From the NCBI RefSeq assembly GCF_000372725.1, contig NW_005201223.1, positions 65,858 through 108,645 on the forward strand: a stretch of DNA of 42,788 nt, given 5' to 3'. The notes beneath the pieces were generated by a model. The model was not told the origin of the DNA and searched no databases. It worked only from the letters and a program-made list of their open reading frames with translations. Made by a program: the position numbers and the translations under genes. Of this stretch, positions 22,123-42,788 are shown piece after piece; position 1 is the first letter of the stretch; every line of letters begins with the position of its first letter. The stretch is from Emiliania huxleyi CCMP1516. Taxonomy: Eukaryota.

Positions 22123-23094
22123 ATAATGTGTGTGTTTGTGTGTGTGTCTGTGTGTTTGTTTGAGCGATGCCAGGGAAGGACAGGGCAGCGGCGAGCGGCA
22201 GGTGGCGTCGGCGACGTACTCAGTACACGATGGCGAAGCCCACAGCGCAGGGGCCCGGCAGCAGCGCCGACAGCGGCCCCGCGCCGCGTCGGCTTCGGTC
22301 TGAGCGAGGCAGCCTGTACTCCTCAACCTCCTTGGCACTCCCCCGACGAGCGGCGTGCTATGCGGGCCCGCCGCGGGCGACGCGGGCCGCGAGCCGACGT
22401 GCGTGCCGCAGTCATAGGCAGCGCTGGCGAAGCGAGGAGGTCGGCGCAGGCCCCCGGATGCGGTCGCAGCGAGAGAAGCGAGAGAGCAGATGCTGTTGGA
22501 AGGGTGGGGAGCAGCCTGCCGTCGAGCGGCGCGCTGCGCAAGCCCGCTGTCGGCGGCCCGATCGGAGAGCGGGTAGTCGTGGTACTATTGAGCGCGCCAT
22601 CGCGCCCGAGACGGCCCGCCCCAGCCCTGTAGACCCTTCCAGAGACTTGGCGATGCTGTACAGCATGCCAAGAGCATACCGGACAGGCTCCCGTCGAGCG
22701 ACGAGCCATGCTGGCTCGCCTCCGGCGGCGAGCTCGAAGACCCGCACCGAGCTTCGCTGTGAGCCTGGCAGGCCCGCCCGCACGCCCGCGGCCGCAAGCA
22801 AGGAAGGCGAGCTTCCTGGCGTCCTTGCCAAGCGCCAACATGCCAAAAGACACCTCGCAGCGCCCGAGACGTGACCAAAGCCGCACGTCTCGGCGCCGTG
22901 AGAGCAGCCGGTCGACGTCGGCACCAAGCGAGGGGCCGCCGGGCGCCGCCGAACCGACAGGGGCGCCGTGGCAGTAGAGAGCACTCACCGAATACCGTTT
23001 TTATGGCGGGGTGACGAGCGGGTGCCAAAGAAAAAAAATCGCACAGTCGAAAACGGTCGTTGAAAAAGGCGGGGCGCCCCTGCTGGACGCTGCT

Positions 23095-36231
<13,137 letters not shown>

Positions 36232-36800
36232 CGCCCTCGCGCGTTCTGTGCTTCTCTTCTTGTGCACACGGGCGGGTGTGACGCCCCCGGGCGCCTGCTC
36301 CGGCCCCATGCAGCTGTCCGGCCCTCGCTCTCGGCTCTCAGAGCCCTCGGCTCTGGGGCCCGTCCAGCGTCCTCCGGACCGGAGACTGAGACAGACTGAG
36401 TACACGCGGTACTGTCGGCACGGATTTCCTCCAGTGCAGAGCGGTGGGCATATTGTGGTGTCTCGTACGTGGGTCGGCGTGCGGGGGGCGCGTGCGCGCG
36501 GTCTGGAAGCGGGGTCGGCATGTTATCATCATGTTTTGTTTGTGTGTATATACGGGCTGTTGTACAGGGAGAGCGGAGCGCCCCGCGCTCAAGCGAAGGA
36601 GGGAGCACTGGTACGTCGTAGTCGCCGCCAATTGAGGGGAGCGAGAGGTGTGTACGTGCGACCCCCCTGGCGCCACCCGGGCAGCCGGCACTCACACACG
36701 GCGGAAGGGCGAGAGACGGGGGGACAAGTATGTACACATACAGCCGCGCCAATCCCGTGCCCGCCCCGCCGCCGCGGCTCCCACCCGCCGCCGCGTCCCC

Positions 36801-38834
36801 TCACTGCTCCTTCTTGGCGTCCGCCTCGGCCGCCGCCTCTGGCTTCTCCTCGCTGTATTTAAGCAGCGGGGAGAGCTCGCCTACCACCACACGTCCGCGC
36901 GCCTGTGAGACGCCGACCACGCATCGCCGTCCTCGGGCGGGGGGCAGCTCACCGCGCACGGCGGCGGTGAGCAGCGACGAGAGGATGCAGGCCGGCACCT
37001 GCAGGGGCGAGGAGGCGAAATGTGGGGTGAGGGGCGGGCGACGCGGTGGAGGTGCCATGGTGCATCAGGTCGCAGCGACAAGGCAAGCGCGCGTCGGGCG
37101 CGGCGGCGGCGGGTTGGCGGTGGGTGGGCGGCGGGTGGGCGGTGGTTGGCGGTGGGTTGGCGCGCCAGGTACAGCAGCGCAGGCTGCGCCGAGTCGAAGA
37201 AGTGCATCACGCCGACGGTGAGTCCGAGCCCGGCGACGTAGGCGGCGAAGTTCGTGTAAAAGTAGGGCTGCGAGGGGAGGGCGAGCTCGGCGTCGAAGCG
37301 GAGCATCATCGCGACAAAGATGCCTGGCGTGGGGCGGATAGGCGGAGGGAGGCGGGTGGGGCCGGGGAGGAGGGCGAGGGAGGCGGGAGGGGTCCGGCAG
37401 TCTCTCGCTTGTGATGACGATGTCAGCGAGACCGAGCATCGAGAAGGGCATGGGCGTCACGCCGAGAGCGTGGGGGAACAGGACCTCGAAGGGCGCGTTG
37501 AGCCCATTGACGACCGATACCATCACCTGGGTGCAGAAGATCCAAAAGACGTGCGTACACGAAGAGTCCNNNNNNNNNNNNNNNNNNNNNNNNNNNNNNN
37601 NNNNNNNNNNNNNNNNNNNNNNNNNNNNNNNNNNNNNNNNNNNNNNNNNNNNNNNNNNNNNNNNNNNNNNNNNNNNNNNNNNNNNNNNNNNNNNNNNNNN
37701 NNNNNNNNNNNNNNNNNNNNNNNNNNNNNNNNNNNNNNNNNNNNNNNNNNNNNNNNNNNNNNNNNNNNNNNNNNNNNNNNNNNNNNNNNNNNNNNNNNNN
37801 NNNNNNNNNNNNNNNNNNNNNNNNNNNNNNNNNNNNNNNNNNNNNNNNNNNNNNNNNNNNNNNNNNNNNNNNNNNNNNNNNNNNNNNNNNNNNNNNNNNN
37901 NNNNNNNNNNGCCACGGAGGCTCCAGGGAGGCGCCATGGAGGCTCGAGGACCCGCGCCTTTTGCTGCCCCAGCGTTCCGCGAGGGTCCAACAGGCGCCTT
38001 ACATGTGGTCCAGCGGCGCCTGTCGACCCAGGGGGGATTGTTGCCGGGGGGAGAGGCGGCGCGGCAGAGGCGAGGGCGGAGGTGGGTGGCGAGGGGCAGC
38101 GCGAGGCGGCATAAGAGGCGGCGCGAGGGCTGCGCAGCGCGGGCGCGCGTGGGGTGGGGCGAGGCAGGGACGGAAGATGTGAGTCAGCACCAGCTGTGTG
38201 TCGTCGGTGCCCATAGGGAAAGGCAGAGCCAGGGAGGGAGGGTGGCAGGCAGGCGGGCAGGGGCTGAGGGGGGGGGGGGGGGGGAGGGAGGCGGAGGGAG
38301 GCGCGTGAGGTTCGGGAGGCAGGCTAGGAGGGAGAGGCTGTCTCACCAAAGACACCAAGTGTGCCGAGGCCGGCAAAGTAGACCGAGATGAGGAGGTCGA
38401 TGTACTCCTGCGCGGAGCCGACGCGGGCGGGGCTCGGACAGGCCATGCGGTGCCTCGATCTCCCTCTCTGCGGCGGGAGGGAAGACGGGTGCGGGCGGCG
38501 GCGGCCGGGCGGGCAACAGCGCCTTTTTGATGAACTTGACGACGAGGTAGAGGGAGAAGAGGGCACACGAGCCGATCAGCGGGAACTGCATGGCGTCCTT
38601 CTTGGACACCACCTCCACGTTCGACTCGCCCGGCGCCTTTTGCGCCTCAAGCAGTGCCCGCTGGCAGCCAATCCAGACGAGCAGCGGGCCGAGGATGAGC
38701 AGGTGGAGGTACGGGTGTATCAGGATGAAGTTTGGAACGACGAGCATCGCAACGACGAGCAAATACGCAGTCCAGAGGCCAGCAACCTCTGTGTCCGTCG
38801 CGGTGACGGACTTGGTGATGGTTTGGGTTGCCAT
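36801..38834 (-). CDS. SPP: Signal peptide peptidase (peptidase A22B, HM13-like), multi-exon, interrupted by an assembly gap
   Basis: KDAMQFPLIGSCALFSLYLVVK, VMVSV...AP..LFP, FSMLGLADIVI, PGIFVAMMLRFD, AQPALLYL|VPAC, C-terminal KKEQ (KKxx ER retrieval). Confidence 0.88.
37570..37910. other. Assembly gap (N run)
   Basis: 341 N. Confidence 1.
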
Positions 38835-39806
38835 CGCGGCAGGCGCCTGGTAGCTAGGCGCGAGAAAAAAGAATTTAACCCGAGCCACATTTCGAGTGAG
38901 TGAGAAACAACTCCTGAGCACGGCGCCGCAGGCACCTGTTGATAGGTCCAGGTGATAGCCCTGGATGGGCAATGCATTCGCCTACCTGGGCCTCAGATCG
39001 CCCGACCGCGTCCCGGTGCTCTGCGTTCGGATTTGTGACGCCGAACGGGAGGCGCCTCCCTTGGGTTGTCTTTTTGAGTCCCTTGGGTTGTCCGTTTTCT
39101 TTCTCTTTTCTTTTAGAAAATTAACTTTAGACATAAAAGAGAAAGTGCGCGTGGGTCTTTGTATAGCCCTACGAGGATCGTCCCCGCGCAACCAACGCCG
39201 CAACCCCGCTCGGTCTCTCGCACAAGACTCAAGAGTCGTGCCATGGCCCATGCATACCCAACCCTACTCGAGGACTGCTACTTCCTATCCCGCGATGCAC
39301 CTCCCGTACTCAGACATACACAGGCATCCAGGCACCAGGGGGGCCTGGCGGCACCTGGCACTGTCGGCCCTCCCCTGCCCCAACACCTGTCTCAAATGTA
39401 AATGTGGTGTCTGCGACTCGAGTGGCTAGTTGCGCCACTCTTGGCCCGAGCTCCCGCGCCCCGACTCTATCTGTGCCGGCTCCGCTTGCGCTTCTGCAGC
39501 GGGTTGGGGCGCGGAGGGGGGCGCAGCACGTGCTCCATCGCCTCCTTGCGCTCCAGCTTGGCGAGCAGCGCCGCGGGGTGGGTGAGGTGTGTGGAAAGGC
39601 TTAGAAACGGCGGCGTGCCGAGATCCTGTTTTCTCAATGCCCGCAACAGACTGTATCGTGACGTGCGTCCGATGATGGTCGTGCGTCCGTTGGTTGCACG
39701 TCACCGACATTTCGCGCTGATTTTGCCAAGGTTAGACCCTGACAGGAGGAACCTGCCCGGCGCGCGTCGCTGCTGCCTTGCCTGCTACATCGGCAGGCCG
39801 GGTGGA

Positions 39807-42788
39807 ATGGAGCAGTCGCAGCGGTGCGTCCGAGTCTCCTGCTTCGTCACGTCCGCGATATGGATCGCGCTCTGGAGCGGCAGCCCAGCTGAGGCCACCG
39901 GCACCGCCAGTGCCAGCGCCGCCCCCACGTCTGTCGAAACAGCAACCTACGCCGCAGCCGTGTCCAGCCACGCCGCTGCTCGGCTGCCATGGAGGCTGCC
40001 AGCGTCCTGTTCCGCAGCAATCGAGCTCGTGCTGGTACTTGACAGCTCAGTCACCTTCCGCTCGAGGCAGCACGCCATCTCTTCTTGGGCAGCATCCGTT
40101 GTCGATCAGTTTACCCTCTCCGACACGATGCCAGCACGGATAGCTGTGGTGGACTACAGCGGATGTGCCAATTGCTCCGTCGAGGAGACAACCAAAATCG
40201 TGAGCGGGCTGAGCGCGGATGCCAACGAGCTCAGGGCGGCCATTGCTACACGTGCCAGCAGCAATAGAGAGGGCTCCTGCATCTCCTGCGGGCTCGAGGT
40301 TGGTTGGGGCCTGGTGTCACAGAGCGACGCCCTGCCAGTGCTGCTACTGGTGACCGATGGCATCCAGACTGCGGGTGGGACGAGCCAATCGGCGATAGCG
40401 ACAGCCAGCAGTATCAAGAATGCCGGTGGTATCATACACGCTATTGCCCTCGGTAGCGCTGTCGACGCGTCGACCACAAAAGCCATTGTGTCCGACTCGC
40501 TGTTTGCTTCCGAGTACACCACGGTGGCTGCCATGGCCATCGCTGTTTCCAACACGACCAGTGCACTCTGCGTGCAGGTCACACGCGTGCGCCTGGCTGG
40601 GGAGGCCTGCGCCAGCAATAGCAGCATGTCTGCATTGTCTGTGAATGCGTTTGGGAGTGGCTTCGCTCCAGGCCTTGCGCTCCGCTGCAGACTCGGCTCT
40701 ATGGTCGTGAAGCCCATCTTCATTAACTCGACTACACTTCAGTGTAATTCTGAGGCCCTGGCCGTCTCCGACCCAGTCAATGTCTCAGTGTCCATCTCCA
40801 TCGACGGCGGAGCACACTGGTCCCCTGTGACCTCGTACACCACCGTGACGATCCGCTGCCGCTCACCGCCGCGTCCCACACCTGGCCACCCGGCCAATTC
40901 ATCCACCCATCACCCGCCGCCCACCCCTCCCCCGCCGACGCCACCGCTTCCACCGCCAATGCTACCGCCCGACCTACTACCGCCGACCGCACCGCCTGTG
41001 CCTGATGCGCGTCCGCCTCGCCGCCGACTGTCGCTTGTCGTTCCATCTTCACCACCACCCGCCCCGCCGCCTTCACCGCCGCCCTCGCCGCCGCCACCCT
41101 CGCCACCTCCTCCTTCAGGCTTCCCTCCCTCGTTTCCACCCTCGTCACCGGCACCGTCACCACAGCCGGGACCGCCACCGCCACGATCACCGCCGCGTCC
41201 GCCGCCCTGGCCGCCTCCGCCGAGTCCGCCGCCCTGGCCATCTCCGCCGAGCCCGCCGCCGCCCTCGCCGCCGCCGCCGCCCAAACTACCACTACCGACC
41301 GCACAGCCTCCTGCGTTTGATGCGCACAGGTCGGACCCGCCTCGCCGCCGACTCTCGCTTCCCGTTCCATCTCCGCCACCTCCCTCGCCGCCGCCCTCGC
41401 CTTCGCCGCCCCCCTTGCCGCCACCGTCGCCGCCACCATCTATACCACCATCACCCTCTCCACCACGGCCTTCCCCGCCACCACCGGCCACTCCTCCACC
41501 TTTGCCGCCGCCACTGCCACCATCACCAGTACCGCCACCACCATCTCCACCCCCCCCGCTGGGGCCGTGCACGTTTGTATGCACAGGCCACGACACGGTC
41601 GCGGACGCGGAGGGAGTGTGTGCCAGCGCCAGTGCAGGAGAGCAGTGCCGCGTAAGCGACGTTGACGTCGCCAATCCAAGTGCAGCGAGTTTCTACGCCA
41701 TGACTGGCAGCTCCGATCGATGCCTGAGTGATCCGGCAGTCACGCAGGCAGAATGTCACGCCTATGCAACGTCGATCTCTAGAGGAGATAGCTACTCTCC
41801 AGTGGGGACGACGAGCGGCAAGCCGAAGGCCTGCTACACGAACAACGCGGAAAACGTGCGCTGGAATCCGTACTCGGGGAGCGCGACGTCCGCCGCCGCA
41901 TGTAGAAGCTCCTTCTCCGCCTCATGCGTCTGCGCCTACCGCGCGTGGTCGTGCCTGTGCCCCATTCATCCGCCCTCGCCTCCGCCGCCAGAGCCGTCTC
42001 CTCCGCCGTCCCCACCCTCGCCGCCACCACCCTCGCCGCCTCCGCCATCGTCGCCGCCACCCTCGCCGCCTCCTGGCTGGACCGTAGTATTCAGACAGAC
42101 CGTCGTCGGGAGCTCGTGGCTGCGCAGCGCCAACGAGTGGTCAGTGAACCCGAGCGACCCTTCCGCCGACCAGTACAGCATCCTCGACCGGCTCGAGGAC
42201 TTTCGCGGTCCGGACGGGAAATTCCTGCTGAGGCTTGCATGGCCGGCAGAGGGCCTGAACAGCCAAGAATGGAAGCAGACGACCAACCCCGTGACGGCGG
42301 GTGCGGGGGGCGTGGCTGGCTACGAAGCTGTTGATGTGAGATACACCACCCAGTATTGGGGTGGGCTGGAGCTGCATACATCAAGCAGCAGCACTCTGCT
42401 TGACGGCAGCGTGAACTCGCACAGATGGTGGTACGCGGTGGGGGCACGACGGGCCCACAATGGGGGCATGCCTGGTCCCCATCCCGAAGTCGTCACCAAG
42501 ACTGAGTTGTACGCGTACCTGTATCCGCCCTCGCCGTCAGCGCCACCGCCCTCGCCGCCGCCCTCACCCCCGCCACCCTCGCCGCCGCCATCCCCGTCGC
42601 CGCCCCCTTCACCGCCACCATCGCCGCCGCCGCCATCGCCACCACCCTCGCCGCCACCGCCCTCGCCTCCGCCTCCTTCACAGCCGCCGTGTGGGACCCC
42701 TGGGGGGTCCGCGGCGTGTCCGCCCTCTACGCTAAGCTTACCACCGTCGTCGTCCGCCGTCCTTTGCCGCCGCCCTTACCGCCACCCT
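39807..42788 (+). CDS. Secreted/surface mosaic protein: vWA + IPT/TIG-like + Pro-rich linkers + Cys-rich module + further extracellular domain; 3'-partial
   Basis: One frame stays open to the window end, so it is absent from the ORF track; alternative ATG at 39672. Signal-like CFVTSAIWIALWSG; vWA IELVLVLDSSVT...RIAVVDYS...LLLVTDG...IHAIALG; FGSGF...CRLG...FINSTTLQC...VSISIDGG..W; SPPP repeats; YSILDRLEDFRGPDGKF...WKQTTNP...WYAVG. Confidence 0.8.
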   Translation, partial: MEQSQRCVRVSCFVTSAIWIALWSGSPAEATGTASASAAPTSVETATYAAAVSSHAAARLPWRLPASCSAAIELVLVLDSSVTFRSRQHAISSWAASVVDQFTLSDTMPARIAVVDYSGCANCSVEETTKIVSGLSADANELRAAIATRASSNREGSCISCGLEVGWGLVSQSDALPVLLLVTDGIQTAGGTSQSAIATASSIKNAGGIIHAIALGSAVDASTTKAIVSDSLFASEYTTVAAMAIAVSNTTSALCVQVTRVRLAGEACASNSSMSALSVNAFGSGFAPGLALRCRLGSMVVKPIFINSTTLQCNSEALAVSDPVNVSVSISIDGGAHWSPVTSYTTVTIRCRSPPRPTPGHPANSSTHHPPPTPPPPTPPLPPPMLPPDLLPPTAPPVPDARPPRRRLSLVVPSSPPPAPPPSPPPSPPPPSPPPPSGFPPSFPPSSPAPSPQPGPPPPRSPPRPPPWPPPPSPPPWPSPPSPPPPSPPPPPKLPLPTAQPPAFDAHRSDPPRRRLSLPVPSPPPPSPPPSPSPPPLPPPSPPPSIPPSPSPPRPSPPPPATPPPLPPPLPPSPVPPPPSPPPPLGPCTFVCTGHDTVADAEGVCASASAGEQCRVSDVDVANPSAASFYAMTGSSDRCLSDPAVTQAECHAYATSISRGDSYSPVGTTSGKPKACYTNNAENVRWNPYSGSATSAAACRSSFSASCVCAYRAWSCLCPIHPPSPPPPEPSPPPSPPSPPPPSPPPPSSPPPSPPPGWTVVFRQTVVGSSWLRSANEWSVNPSDPSADQYSILDRLEDFRGPDGKFLLRLAWPAEGLNSQEWKQTTNPVTAGAGGVAGYEAVDVRYTTQYWGGLELHTSSSSTLLDGSVNSHRWWYAVGARRAHNGGMPGPHPEVVTKTELYAYLYPPSPSAPPPSPPPSPPPPSPPPSPSPPPSPPPSPPPPSPPPSPPPPSPPPPSQPPCGTPGGSAACPPSTLSLPPSSSAVLCRRPYRHP

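Noticed and set aside
22323..22988. Possible small gene divergent from ATR (EPAWLVARREPVRYALGMLYSIAKSLEG...)
   Set aside because: Partly coding-like, but I could not build a consistent start and exon structure.
40777..41674. Gly-rich and Ala-rich minus-strand ORFs
   Set aside because: Antisense to the Pro-rich linkers of the plus-strand vWA protein.

Overview
Eukaryotic, very GC-rich, intron-rich genomic DNA. GC-AG and GA-AG introns, intronic 10-11-bp tandem repeats and a plastid-targeted PGR5 point to a haptophyte such as Emiliania/Gephyrocapsa huxleyi (inference). Genes I could piece together by hand across introns: BolA-like (+), an uncharacterised polytopic membrane protein (-), a hypothetical protein (+), a truncated TIR-like membrane fragment (+), COG6 (-), an intronless bacterial-looking membrane protein (-), an unknown 3-exon protein (+), PGR5 (-), a chlorophyllase/cutinase-like alpha/beta hydrolase (-), ATR kinase (~13 kb, +), signal peptide peptidase (-, spans an N gap) and a secreted vWA/Pro-rich mosaic protein running off the right end. 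Non-coding features: a CACTA-type MITE with perfect 54-bp TIRs, a three-copy intergenic element (two copies bracket COG6), a possible Helitron relic and an ~830-bp telomere-like (CCCTCA/G)n array in an ATR intron. The most striking pattern is that many short introns begin with a degenerate copy of the first 15-36 nt of the following exon, suggesting intron birth by local duplication. All exon boundaries are manual inferences.
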